Below are positions 42,433-52,571 of a stretch of DNA of 64,000 bases, piece after piece. The DNA comes from Candidatus Babeliales bacterium. GTDB taxonomy: Bacteria > Babelota > Babeliae > Babelales > JANWKD01. The DNA lies in assembly GCA_963722075.1 (NCBI GenBank), contig CAVRJM010000001.1, forward strand, positions 640,001 through 704,000, written 5' to 3'. A program made the position numbers and the translations under genes. The notes beneath the pieces were generated by a model. It did no database searches. It saw nothing but the letters and a program-made list of their open reading frames with translations, and was not told the DNA's origin. Position 1 is the first letter of the stretch. Every line of letters starts with the position of its first letter.

Positions 42433-42663
42433 GAGCCTATCTGAAAACTCGGGGCTGTTGAAAAAATAAATAAAAAAAATAAACCCCGAATTACGCAGGA
42501 TAAAGATTCAATTCGGTGGGTTGTTGAAAGAACATTTTCTTGGATAAATCGATTCAGACGTGTTTCCATTCGTTATGATAAGCTATCTAAAAACTTTCTT
42601 GGATTAGTTCAATTTGCTTGTCTAATCATTGTTTTTAGAAAAATTTAGTTTTCAGACAGGTTC
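42433..42663 (+). mobile_element. 231-bp internally deleted IS5-family (IS1031-like) element
   Basis: TIRs GAGCCTATCTGAAAACT / AGTTTTCAGACAGGTTC, TTA duplication on both sides, residual transposase C-terminus RWVVERTFSWINRFRRVSIRYDKLSKNFLGLVQFAC. Confidence 0.85.
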
Positions 42664-43847
42664 TTATTGAATAGTTCCACAAAAGCTTGCTTATCTGGAT
42701 CATCTACCGCTTGCTTTTGCGCAAATTCCCTCGGTGTCATAGTTATTCGCTCGCCACCTGACTCTGCAGTATATTCTTCATCAATAGTAGCTCCTTTTTC
42801 AATTAAAAAACGGGCTAAGTCAAGGTGATTTGTAGCAATAGCAAATACCAAAAATGGGTCATTAAACCCTTTATAAAAACCGTAAGGACCGGTCACACAT
42901 GAATTTGGACTTAAGCCCGCATTTACAAGCTGTTTAATAGCATCGGCATAAAATTCGCTCCGATACATATCATCTCCTAAATTATATCCTGGAACAAAAA
43001 AGATATGATGACACTGCAAATCATTTTTACCGTTCACACCCTTATTTAACAAATATATTACGCTATCAATGTTTGAACAAATAAGTGTTTTTGATAAAAA
43101 AGTTTCTGCTTTTTCGTTTTCATAAGATATAACATGATTAATGTCTAAACCATTTTGTAATAATAATTTTAGTGATTGTTGCCATGAGTTATTCAAACCT
43201 CTAAGCTTCTTTTCTTGGCTACCATTATCTCTAGGTCTTTCCTCAATAAATATTAAAAGCTTTTTAATTAAAAACTGAAACTCCGGTAATAACGTCGTCG
43301 TTGCTTTTGATTTTTGGTCGCGCATTGTTTTTTGTAAATCAGGTAGTGTGTTATTTTGTAAAGAAGCCAATAGTTGTTTTAATAAATTGCTCATTGTGCA
43401 TACATCAATAACACATCGATAATGAGCTCTACAGGAACGTGCAAAATTGGTTAAAGAAGTCATAGAATCAAATAACTTATTGCCTGTAGCAGTTTGTAAT
43501 AAAATCATCATAACTATTTCAGAAGGAAATATACCATCTCCTATGCACTGCTCTTTTTCGTGTTGATCTAATATGATTTTACTTTTACCGGACAATGTGT
43601 TGTTCGCTAAAGTCACCCCTAAAACAATCATATTTTCCGAATTATTTAGGCGTAGAGCTGGATTTACTTGTGGATCCCATCGCCACCGATGTGGTAACGA
43701 AAATTCTTTTTGTGGCTTGAAGGTAAGGAGTTTTTCGAATTTCTCCCGTAAAAACTTAGGAGTTTCCCATAACCACATTGAAGCACTATACTGGAATGAA
43801 CCAGTAGTGATTGCAACAAATAAAATAAATATATACTTATTCACCAT
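42645..43847 (-). CDS. Secreted F-box-like/ankyrin protein (array member; C-terminus supplied by IS relic)
   Basis: GTG start; IFPSEIVMMILL...LTNFARSCRAHY; LARFLIEKGATID. Confidence 0.75.
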   Translation of the reverse strand: MVNKYIFILFVAITTGSFQYSASMWLWETPKFLREKFEKLLTFKPQKEFSLPHRWRWDPQVNPALRLNNSENMIVLGVTLANNTLSGKSKIILDQHEKEQCIGDGIFPSEIVMMILLQTATGNKLFDSMTSLTNFARSCRAHYRCVIDVCTMSNLLKQLLASLQNNTLPDLQKTMRDQKSKATTTLLPEFQFLIKKLLIFIEERPRDNGSQEKKLRGLNNSWQQSLKLLLQNGLDINHVISYENEKAETFLSKTLICSNIDSVIYLLNKGVNGKNDLQCHHIFFVPGYNLGDDMYRSEFYADAIKQLVNAGLSPNSCVTGPYGFYKGFNDPFLVFAIATNHLDLARFLIEKGATIDEEYTAESGGERITMTPREFAQKQAVDDPDKQAFVELFNKNLSEN

Positions 43848-43905
43848 TTTTCCCTATTTAATTACCATAATAAAATATGATGCGTACTATATTGAAGCTT
43901 ATAAA

Positions 43906-45183
43906 TCACTCTTCATTAATCTTATAATGATCAAACAAATCAATAAAAGCTTGTTTAGCAGGATCATTTTCAACTTCATTTTGAGCAAATTGCCTCGGCG
44001 TCATATTTTCTATGACTCGTGCATCCTCAGCAGTATATTTTTGATCAATATTAGCCCCGTTTTCAATTAAAAAACGCGCTAAGCTTAAGCTATCTATCGC
44101 TATAGCAAATGCAAGAAATGGTTCTTTAAGATTTTTTTGGATACCAAAACCCCCTGTCACTAATGCATTCGGGCTTAATCCGGCATTTACTAACTTCTTA
44201 ATAGCATCTTCATAAAATTCACCTCGATTGCCCGCAAGACCATTTCCTGGCTGATATCCTGGAACATAAAATGTATAATAATCCTGCAAATCAACTTTAT
44301 GATTTAATAGAAGTAAGGCTCCTTCAACATTTGATAGAAGAAGCGCTTTTGATAATAAAGTTTGCGCTTCATTACGTTCGTCGTAATATAAAACGTGATT
44401 AATACTTAATCCATTCGGTAAGAGTAATTCTAATGACTCTTGCCATGATTTATTCAAAATTCTAAGATTCTTTTCTTCGCTACCTATCTTACCTTTATTT
44501 TCAGGTCTTCCATTTATAAGTGTTAAAAGCTTTTCAATTAAAAATTTAAATTCAGGTAATAATGGCGGTTTTTCATTAACAACTATTTTTTCTTTTAAAT
44601 CAACTAACGCACATTCTTTCATAGAACCTAATAAACGCTTTAATAGATGACTCATCGTGCTTTCATCAATAATAAATCGATAATAGGCCCTACCAGCTCG
44701 TGCTAAACTGGTTAAAGAACTCATAGAATCAAATAATTCATTGCCCTTAGCAGCCTGAAGTAAAATCATCATAACTATTTCCGCGGGGATTACATCATTT
44801 CCTACTGGCTGCTCATTTTCTTTAATAGCTAATTGAATACTGCTTCTATTACACAGCAAATTAAATTTTGCATCAGAATTTGGTGCTTGTTCATAATTAG
44901 AATCTAATTCTTGTTTAGTTTTTTCTTCACGCAGTTTCTTAGCTGAAGCTACCCCCAAAGCAACCATATTTTCCGGATTATTTAATTGTAGAGTTGGATT
45001 TACTTGTGAATCCCATCGCCACCTATGTAGTATTTGAACTTCGTTATCTACTTCACGACTGGTAAATAATTTTTCGAATTTCTCCCGTAAAAACTTGGGT
45101 GTTTCCCATAACGAAATTGGAGAAGTATGCTGTATTGCATTGATAGCAAAAAATATGCTTAAAATAAAAATAATTCTATTCAT
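43906..45183 (-). CDS. Secreted F-box-like/ankyrin protein (array member)
   Basis: VIPAEIVMMILL; LARFLIENGANID; strong similarity to neighbours. Confidence 0.75.
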   Translation of the reverse strand: MNRIIFILSIFFAINAIQHTSPISLWETPKFLREKFEKLFTSREVDNEVQILHRWRWDSQVNPTLQLNNPENMVALGVASAKKLREEKTKQELDSNYEQAPNSDAKFNLLCNRSSIQLAIKENEQPVGNDVIPAEIVMMILLQAAKGNELFDSMSSLTSLARAGRAYYRFIIDESTMSHLLKRLLGSMKECALVDLKEKIVVNEKPPLLPEFKFLIEKLLTLINGRPENKGKIGSEEKNLRILNKSWQESLELLLPNGLSINHVLYYDERNEAQTLLSKALLLSNVEGALLLLNHKVDLQDYYTFYVPGYQPGNGLAGNRGEFYEDAIKKLVNAGLSPNALVTGGFGIQKNLKEPFLAFAIAIDSLSLARFLIENGANIDQKYTAEDARVIENMTPRQFAQNEVENDPAKQAFIDLFDHYKINEE

Positions 45184-45309
45184 GTGCTTTTCTCTTTAAA
45201 ATATTAATAACTGTAATTAATCTATTGAGGATAATAATACCATATTTTCAAATAAGTTCAAAAGGCGGGGCTTTTTGGTCCCAAAAATAGTTGAAAATAG
45301 TAAATTTAG

Positions 45310-46695
45310 CTATTTTATAAGTTTCTGTACTAATTTATTTATTTTACCGGCACCCTGCAAAAGCACCAAATCATCAGGCACAATATGGGCATCGAGCTCT
45401 TTTTTTATATGATAAAATTCATTGTCAAAGGGAACATATTCAACGCTAAAAGAAGGCTGTAGTTTCTTTAATTCTTGCACAAAACGCTGTGCCGTAATAG
45501 TAGGTATGGGTTGTTCGCTGGCCGCATAGATATCAGTTACGATCAAATTATCGATTGGAAGCTCTCTAAATGTTTCTAAAAATAACTGCCATAATTTATC
45601 AGTACGTGTATAGCGATGCGGTTCAAATATGAGCGTTAGTTTATTTTTTTTACGTTTTGCTGCTACCATAACTGTGTTCTTAATTTCTTCCGGATGATGC
45701 CCATAATCATCAAACAACTCAGCACCTTTATATAAACCATTATAGCTAAAGCGCCGCTCAACGCCTTTAAAGGTAGTAAGCCCTTCTTGAATTTGCGCAA
45801 ATGGAATTTTTAATTCACGTGCTACGGCAATTGCAGCCAGTGCATTAAGTACATTATGGCGCCCGGGCATATTAATTTTGATAACTCCCAATTGCTCCTG
45901 CTTATAATACACCGTAAAAATAGAATGATCAGGATATAATGCTACATCATCAGCATAAATATCTGCCCATGATTCTAAACCATATTTAATGGTTTTTATA
46001 TGCGGCAGGGGCAATAACGAACGCACCTGTTCATTATCGATGCATACGATTGCAGTACCATAAAAAGGTAGATTTTCTAAAAATTGTTTAAAAGTATTTT
46101 TAATATCCTCAATATCGTGATATGTATCTAGATGTTCTAAATTAATATTAGTAACAATGGCGATTGTAGCTTGCAAATGAGTTAATGATCGATCACTTTC
46201 ATCAGCTTCTGCTACTAAAAAATCCCCTGCACCATACTGTGCATTGGTAGAGATTGTTTTAAGCCGCCCACCTATTATTACCGTAGGATCTTTTTTAGCT
46301 TCAATCAATATATGAGAAATGAATGAAGTAGTTGTGGTTTTGCCATGGCTTCCGGCAATAGCAATGCTGTATTTCGTGCGCATTAATTCTGCTAGCATTA
46401 AGGCGCGTGAAATAGTTGGTATATTGCGCTGCTGCGCAGCAATAATTTCAGCATTAGTTGCTTGAATGGCAGAAGAATATACTAATATATCAATAGCTGC
46501 TGATTTGCAATACACACTATTATTACCCTCAACAATAGTGCATCCTAATTTTTCTAACTCCTTAACACTTTGCTGATCAATATCTGCATCACACCCCGAA
46601 ATGGTATATCCTTGATAGCGTAATATTTTTGCAATACCACTCATGCCAATACCACCAATGCCCACAAAATGAATATGAATTTCTTTTCTATACAT
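45310..46695 (-). CDS. murC: UDP-N-acetylmuramate--L-alanine ligase
   Basis: HFVGIGGIGMSG, GSHGKTTT, EADESD, DDYGHHP, HRYTRT. Confidence 0.96.
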   Translation of the reverse strand: MYRKEIHIHFVGIGGIGMSGIAKILRYQGYTISGCDADIDQQSVKELEKLGCTIVEGNNSVYCKSAAIDILVYSSAIQATNAEIIAAQQRNIPTISRALMLAELMRTKYSIAIAGSHGKTTTTSFISHILIEAKKDPTVIIGGRLKTISTNAQYGAGDFLVAEADESDRSLTHLQATIAIVTNINLEHLDTYHDIEDIKNTFKQFLENLPFYGTAIVCIDNEQVRSLLPLPHIKTIKYGLESWADIYADDVALYPDHSIFTVYYKQEQLGVIKINMPGRHNVLNALAAIAVARELKIPFAQIQEGLTTFKGVERRFSYNGLYKGAELFDDYGHHPEEIKNTVMVAAKRKKNKLTLIFEPHRYTRTDKLWQLFLETFRELPIDNLIVTDIYAASEQPIPTITAQRFVQELKKLQPSFSVEYVPFDNEFYHIKKELDAHIVPDDLVLLQGAGKINKLVQKLIK

Positions 46696-46770
46696 CAAAA
46701 TTTCCTAAATTCTTGTTACTTATTATTGTATTAAAAATAGCAAAAAATTAGGATTAGAGAAAAAGTTAAT

Positions 46771-49686
46771 CTAAGATTTATCTATAATTTCTTTATAGTG
46801 TTTAAAATTGTTATGCAGGGTATTCACATCCGATGCTTGCACCTTCCATGGGATAGGCACATTTAATGCTTTTGGTTTAAGACTTGCTTCTAGTTTCCAC
46901 GCTTTATTATTATATTCAAATTCTATTGTCACCATTAATTCTTTTGGTAAAGCATGTATCGAAAGGATTACATTTTCTATTTCAAATTGATTTACATTTG
47001 AAGGTAATAATTTTTCTAAATCAGAAAACCTCAATTCGTTATTATAAAGACGATTCAACTCTAAAATATAGGAAAGATCATTAAGGCCAATCCCATTTTT
47101 TATAATAAAAATTTCTTTAGTTAAAACCGTGGTGCGATTAGTAATGAATTGCTTTAAAAATTGAATAATATTACTAAATAAAAATCCTGTTGGATCATCA
47201 ATTGTTAATTCATGAAATATTCTTGCTTCTTTAATAATTGAAACAGTTGGTTTTTTAGGTAGCTTCAAATTGATCGTCTTATACATTAATTGATTCAAAA
47301 CAAAAACTAAAATACTTTCTGTATCGGCATGCTTCTTTTCTAACTCTTTATATAGTTTATCTGATTCAACTGGATCAATGAAAAGAAATTCTGCTGCATC
47401 TAAAGCAACATTTTCTAATTTATTTAAAACAAACTGCGCCATATTAAAATAATAACCTGTTTTTAAAGAGAGTATTCCCTTTAATAAATAACTTTGTGAC
47501 ATATATATTTCTCTATAGGTTGCTGCCCATGAAGACACGTCTACCGCTGGAATACCCTTAGCAAGTAATCGTTCAGATATATGTTTTATTTTTAATTCCA
47601 AAGCATTATTCAGTAACTTATAAAATTCAAATTTGCTCTCATTACTTTTTAACAGCTCTAAAGAATTTATAAAGGTTGAAAGAAGCGGAAAATAATCTTT
47701 ATTATCTTTTATAAAGATCCATTCTTTAGGTTTCAAATTTAAAATAGTGTCATAATTTATTAGTAAATATGGTTGAAATTTTTGTGCATAAAAATATTTT
47801 TTTGTTGGTGCTAATTCTTGCTGATAGTGTCTTTGAGATAATTTTTCTAATAACTGAGTAAATTGTTGTTTATGGGTGCTAACCTCTTTAGATTTAAAAT
47901 ACCACGCATATGGTTCTGCATTTAACGATTCTTTTGATACATTAAATTGCCAAGCACTATTTTTATATTTAAAACTTAGTCTTATTTTATATCCTAACTG
48001 CTTATTTCCTTTTGTTTTAATAATAACTTTTTTTAATTTTATCTGTTCGCTTTGTAATGCTTGTTCTAATTCGTGTGGTATTTCAATACTTTTTTGTATT
48101 CGTTGTTTTTCAATAATATTTCTAATATCATTGAAACCTTCTAAGTTATTTATAAGCACCTTTTTTTTACTAACTCTTCCGGCGATATTAAAAAATGCAT
48201 CACGAATAAAATGTAAAACGCCACTTTCGGTTTTTTCAGTCGCTAGAGAACTTTTATGGACAATCACTTTTTGTAGTTGCTGTATGGTATTACCATGAAC
48301 CATGGAAATAAATTGTGGATATAAATAGTTGTAGATTGGTTTAATTGATAGATCAGACCATTCAAATTTCTCTTCAGATAGTAAGGATAAATTTTGTGGA
48401 TAAACGTGTAAAGGAACTGTGATTTGTAATGGGTACATAAGAATTGCCATCGCATCTTTTACAATTATTGGTTTTTTTGATAATTCATGGGTCCTTTTTT
48501 TAACTAATCCAATCGAGATTACGTAATTATTAAGAGCAACAGTTTGAAACCCAATCCCACCTGGTAACCACACTTGCGGTAAATTTGATATATATTCTGG
48601 TTCTTTAATTATTAAATCAGTTACCAATTTATTAAGCGAATCAGATTTATTGATAAGGTTTTTGGCATTGTTAAAATAATTACCTAAATAACCTGACAAT
48701 CTCATCCTTTGTGTATACAGAAGCTTAGTTGGAGAATCATCAATGGATTCTACCACCAAAATATAATTAAATGACCGACTAATACCACTTTTTCTCCATT
48801 GCACTAAATCTAAATTATTCCCTCCAATACTACATGTTGATAAGTTAACAACATTAGTAATAATCATATCATTAAAAAATTGTAATAATTTATTTAACTG
48901 AGCTGGTAATAGCCCCGCGATTTCCAAAGCTCTCATATCAGCTGAACCATGCCCATTGATATAGATATCCCATATTGTTGAGGGGCTTTCTTTCTTTTGC
49001 TTAAAAAGTGATATAATTGAAGGTAATACATTGATACCTTGATAGCGATCTATTTGATCAATTACCATTTCTAAATTCTGTTCTGTTGTTAATGGCAGAA
49101 TATACGTTATCTCTTCCAAAACAGCTCTATTAAAATTATGTAAAGGATAATTAGCGGGCACTAAAAAAAACATTGCTTGATCTGGGTTCAGTACATAAAG
49201 TTTCCAATCAGTACTTGTTAGGTTAACTGAAGATAAAAATTGATGCTCTTGTTCCCAAGATTGTTCATAGGGTTTTAACGAAGTAAGAGTTTCTTCGATA
49301 ATTTCTTTTACCCCAGGATATGATTCCATTCCTGCTAAACTTTTTTTAATTTCTTCAATGGTCTTTAAAGCATCCTGATATAAAGCAAAGTTTTTAAAAT
49401 AACTGCCAATAGATACTATTGTTTGCTTTCTTCTTAAAAAATTAAGCAAAATCGATTTACTTACTAAAATAGGAAATGAATTACTTTGTAACCCGGCAAT
49501 AAAATTTGCCGTAATTGACCTTACTACAATATCTTTCTCAGATTCACTATTAAATTGATCAATAAGAATTAACAATGGCTCATGATGTTTTTCAGTTGTT
49601 TGCTTTATTTCAGATGTAGGTTTTTCCATACCAACTAGAGAAAAACTCGATACTATCAAAAAGCTAAAAATATAGAAAAATCTCAT
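46771..49686 (-). CDS. Large secreted protein with putative clan CD-like cysteine protease domain; paralog of 32762-35440
   Basis: Signal peptide; WDIYINGHG...VVNLSTCSIGG; duplicated C-terminal domain. Confidence 0.7.
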   Translation of the reverse strand: MRFFYIFSFLIVSSFSLVGMEKPTSEIKQTTEKHHEPLLILIDQFNSESEKDIVVRSITANFIAGLQSNSFPILVSKSILLNFLRRKQTIVSIGSYFKNFALYQDALKTIEEIKKSLAGMESYPGVKEIIEETLTSLKPYEQSWEQEHQFLSSVNLTSTDWKLYVLNPDQAMFFLVPANYPLHNFNRAVLEEITYILPLTTEQNLEMVIDQIDRYQGINVLPSIISLFKQKKESPSTIWDIYINGHGSADMRALEIAGLLPAQLNKLLQFFNDMIITNVVNLSTCSIGGNNLDLVQWRKSGISRSFNYILVVESIDDSPTKLLYTQRMRLSGYLGNYFNNAKNLINKSDSLNKLVTDLIIKEPEYISNLPQVWLPGGIGFQTVALNNYVISIGLVKKRTHELSKKPIIVKDAMAILMYPLQITVPLHVYPQNLSLLSEEKFEWSDLSIKPIYNYLYPQFISMVHGNTIQQLQKVIVHKSSLATEKTESGVLHFIRDAFFNIAGRVSKKKVLINNLEGFNDIRNIIEKQRIQKSIEIPHELEQALQSEQIKLKKVIIKTKGNKQLGYKIRLSFKYKNSAWQFNVSKESLNAEPYAWYFKSKEVSTHKQQFTQLLEKLSQRHYQQELAPTKKYFYAQKFQPYLLINYDTILNLKPKEWIFIKDNKDYFPLLSTFINSLELLKSNESKFEFYKLLNNALELKIKHISERLLAKGIPAVDVSSWAATYREIYMSQSYLLKGILSLKTGYYFNMAQFVLNKLENVALDAAEFLFIDPVESDKLYKELEKKHADTESILVFVLNQLMYKTINLKLPKKPTVSIIKEARIFHELTIDDPTGFLFSNIIQFLKQFITNRTTVLTKEIFIIKNGIGLNDLSYILELNRLYNNELRFSDLEKLLPSNVNQFEIENVILSIHALPKELMVTIEFEYNNKAWKLEASLKPKALNVPIPWKVQASDVNTLHNNFKHYKEIIDKS

Positions 49687-49782
49687 TACATTTCTTTCAA
49701 TATTAAAATATGTTATTTCTAATATACATTAATATTGTATGATTTTTCTATATTTTTATCGTTCATGGTTGTACCGTATACG

Positions 49783-50154
49783 TTATGCAAGCAATTGGCT
49801 CAATTTAATAAGGCATTGTCGAAGCGTTTTTAGCTGATCAAAAAATGCTCCTTTTTGCTCATCAAGTAAAGGAACTACTTCTTTATCCATAGTAGTTTTT
49901 TGCGCTGCTACGGTATATGATTTTTCCGTTTTTAACGCTTCTTTGGCCCCTGCAATAGTAAATTTTTTTTCATACAATAACTCTTTAATTTTTGTAAAGG
50001 TTACTAAATGCCTCTCATCATAAAAACGCTGCCCGCCTTCCGAACGAGATGCTTTAATATTAAATTCCTTTTCCCAAAAGCGAATAACAAAAGACTCTAC
50101 ACTTAAATTATGCGCTAATTCGCCAATTCTAAACCGTTGTTTGGCAATTTTCAT
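49783..50154 (-). CDS. MerR-family HTH regulator
   Basis: FRIGELA...VIRFWEKEF...GGQRFY...LLYEKKFTIAGA; ATG 50154 after AGGAG. Confidence 0.88.
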   Translation of the reverse strand: MKIAKQRFRIGELAHNLSVESFVIRFWEKEFNIKASRSEGGQRFYDERHLVTFTKIKELLYEKKFTIAGAKEALKTEKSYTVAAQKTTMDKEVVPLLDEQKGAFFDQLKTLRQCLIKLSQLLA

Positions 50155-50276
50155 AATAACTCCTTTTGTAATTATGTACTCCTTAATAACGTAATTTCCT
50201 TCTAGCCCAAAAAGCAATTCTTTGCTATCTTGATTGAGTTATTTAAAAATATAAAAATCGAATAAAAGGTCATTTC

Positions 50277-51830
50277 ATGAGTTTTAGAGAGCTGCTGGTT
50301 CCTTTATCCCTTGCATTAATTACTACCTGGGCATTTCAATATTTCTTTAATGCACGCAAACCCAATCCCGAACAACAAACTACCATAGAGTCAGGGCAAC
50401 ATTTTTCTGCCCCCACCACTACGCAAGTAGAAGTCCATAAACCGCTTAATCTTGAAGTGGATCTTTTTGATAAAACAGCAAAAAAACCAGTACTCACCAA
50501 GATTGAAACCCCTGAAGCGCATTATCTATTTTCAACGGAAGGCGCTTCATTAGAGCATATTGAATTCAAACGTAAATGGGGTGGAAAAGAAGGTTATTTA
50601 AGTACGGTATTTGCGCCATCGGTTATTGATCGGGAACGACGCTGCTTTTTAGTGGTATTTAATGAACCAACGCCCTTTTCCTTTGATTTACTAAACAAAA
50701 AAGAAGATGACGAGCATATATATGTAGAATATGGCGCTTCTTTTGAACAAGGAACAATCCGAAAAGAATTTGTTATTTTTAAAAAACAATATCGCATTGA
50801 TCTTACTCTATCAATCGAACCGGTATCTAATAAATCATTGCAACCGCGCATTTTCTTCCCTTCCCCCTTTATCCCTGAACTTGGTAAAGATGATTGGATA
50901 AAAGGGATTGTTAATGAAGGAAATTCCGTTCATATATATGATAAAAATGATGAAACATTAAACGGCTATTGGTCAAAACCAACGCTTTTTGGTACTCAAG
51001 ATCGCTATTTTATTCATGCATTGGTAAATGACAAGGATGATTTTACCCAACGTGGTTACTTTAAGATTGTTGATTTAGAACATATGTATTCTATAGTAGA
51101 AGGCCCTGAAATAACAGCGCCTACCAGCTGGCAACTTTCATTTTATTTTGGTCCTAAAGAGCAACATGCTATTAAAGAGGTTGATGAGCGGTTGATTGCC
51201 GTGCTCAATTATGGTTGGCTATCTGCCATTTCACGTCCGGTTTCTAAAATACTCTTAGATATATTGAATTACCTCTATGACTACGTACATAATTATGGCG
51301 TTGCCATTATTATCCTAACGATTTTAATGAAACTTATTATGGTACCCTTCACCTTTAATAGTGAACGCTCAATGAAAAAGCGCCTTGAGTTTCAAAAGAG
51401 GTTACAACATTTACAAGACAAATATAAAAATGATAAAGAAACACTGGCTGCTGCTCGTGCTGACCTTATACGGAAACATGGCATGCCCGGACTGGGGGGT
51501 TGTTTACCGCTGTTAATGCAAATTCCACTCTTTATTGCGTTAAGTTGGGTATTAGGAAATTCTATTGAACTCTACAAAGCACCTTTTTTATGGATTAATG
51601 ATCTTTCTGCTGCCGATCCTTATTATATATTGCCAATCTTAGTAGGCATAAGCATGCTATTTCATAATCCAACCCAAACAATTGACCCAAAACAAAAAGT
51701 ATCTGTATTTGCAATGGCACTTATTTTTGCCGCATTTACCGCAAATTTATCAGCAGGATTAGTACTGTATATTCTAACCAGCACGCTTCTTGGTATTTTA
51801 CAAAGTACTATCGCTAGGCGTTTTTCATGA
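50277..51830 (+). CDS. yidC: Membrane protein insertase YidC
   Basis: NYGVAIIILT, GGCLPLLMQIP, APFLWINDLSAADPYYILP. Confidence 0.95.
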   Translation: MSFRELLVPLSLALITTWAFQYFFNARKPNPEQQTTIESGQHFSAPTTTQVEVHKPLNLEVDLFDKTAKKPVLTKIETPEAHYLFSTEGASLEHIEFKRKWGGKEGYLSTVFAPSVIDRERRCFLVVFNEPTPFSFDLLNKKEDDEHIYVEYGASFEQGTIRKEFVIFKKQYRIDLTLSIEPVSNKSLQPRIFFPSPFIPELGKDDWIKGIVNEGNSVHIYDKNDETLNGYWSKPTLFGTQDRYFIHALVNDKDDFTQRGYFKIVDLEHMYSIVEGPEITAPTSWQLSFYFGPKEQHAIKEVDERLIAVLNYGWLSAISRPVSKILLDILNYLYDYVHNYGVAIIILTILMKLIMVPFTFNSERSMKKRLEFQKRLQHLQDKYKNDKETLAAARADLIRKHGMPGLGGCLPLLMQIPLFIALSWVLGNSIELYKAPFLWINDLSAADPYYILPILVGISMLFHNPTQTIDPKQKVSVFAMALIFAAFTANLSAGLVLYILTSTLLGILQSTIARRFS

Positions 51831-52426
51831 TTGATAAACTACCTACCTTGGTACAATTAATTCGCCAGTTACAGCAAATGCCCTACCTTGCATCTAAAAA
51901 TATTTATCGCGTTGCTGACTTTTTATTAGCGCTTGAACCGCAACGCGCACAGCAACTGTGTCAAGCTATTTTAGATGCAAAAAGCAATATCATTAAATGT
52001 GAACAGTGCTGCACGTGGAAAGAGAAAAATCAGCCTTGTATGTTTTGTGCTTCCCCTAAACGGGATGCCTCAATTATTTGTGTCGTGGAAACATGGCAAG
52101 AGTTAATGAGCATAGAAAAAACAGGCGGCTATCAAGGCATGTATCATGTACTTGGCGGCGCTATCAGCCCCTTGGACGGTATTGGCCCTGAGCAATTGAG
52201 TATCGATGTATTGATTAGCCGCATAACAGAAAATACCAAAGAAATTATCTTAGCTACCAATCAAACGCCCGAAGGTGAAGCTACTGCAGCGTATATTGCA
52301 AATCGGCTAAAAAGATTCTCAGTCTCAATCTCTTGCTTAGCGCGCGGTATCCCGGTGGGTTCATCACTAGAATTTATGGATAAATTAACAGTTTATAAGG
52401 CCTTATCAGAGCGGCGACCGTTTTAA
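51827..52426 (+). CDS. recR: Recombination mediator RecR
   Basis: C4 Zn finger, ICVVE, YHVLGGAISPLDGIGP, EGEATA, LARGIPVG. Confidence 0.95.
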   Translation: MIDKLPTLVQLIRQLQQMPYLASKNIYRVADFLLALEPQRAQQLCQAILDAKSNIIKCEQCCTWKEKNQPCMFCASPKRDASIICVVETWQELMSIEKTGGYQGMYHVLGGAISPLDGIGPEQLSIDVLISRITENTKEIILATNQTPEGEATAAYIANRLKRFSVSISCLARGIPVGSSLEFMDKLTVYKALSERRPF

Positions 52427-52480
52427 ACTAGCATCTCATCAAGAAAAATCATTTGCATATTATAAGGCAAAATTTAATAA

Positions 52481-52562
52481 CTGGATTCTTTCGCTAATGC
52501 TCAGAATGACAAATGTACCTCTGAATGTCATCCTGAGGAACGAAGTGACGTGAGGATCCAGG
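52481..52562. repeat. REP/RPE-like inverted pair without nested module
   Basis: CTGGATTCTT...CTCAGAATGAC and GTCATCCTGAGGAACGAAGTGACGTGAGGATCCAGG. Confidence 0.8.
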
Positions 52563-52571
52563 CACATTTCA

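Noticed and set aside
43573..44070. 165-aa plus-strand ORF
   Set aside because: Antisense shadow across two well-supported paralogs; same applies to the many short antisense ORFs in the ribosomal cluster
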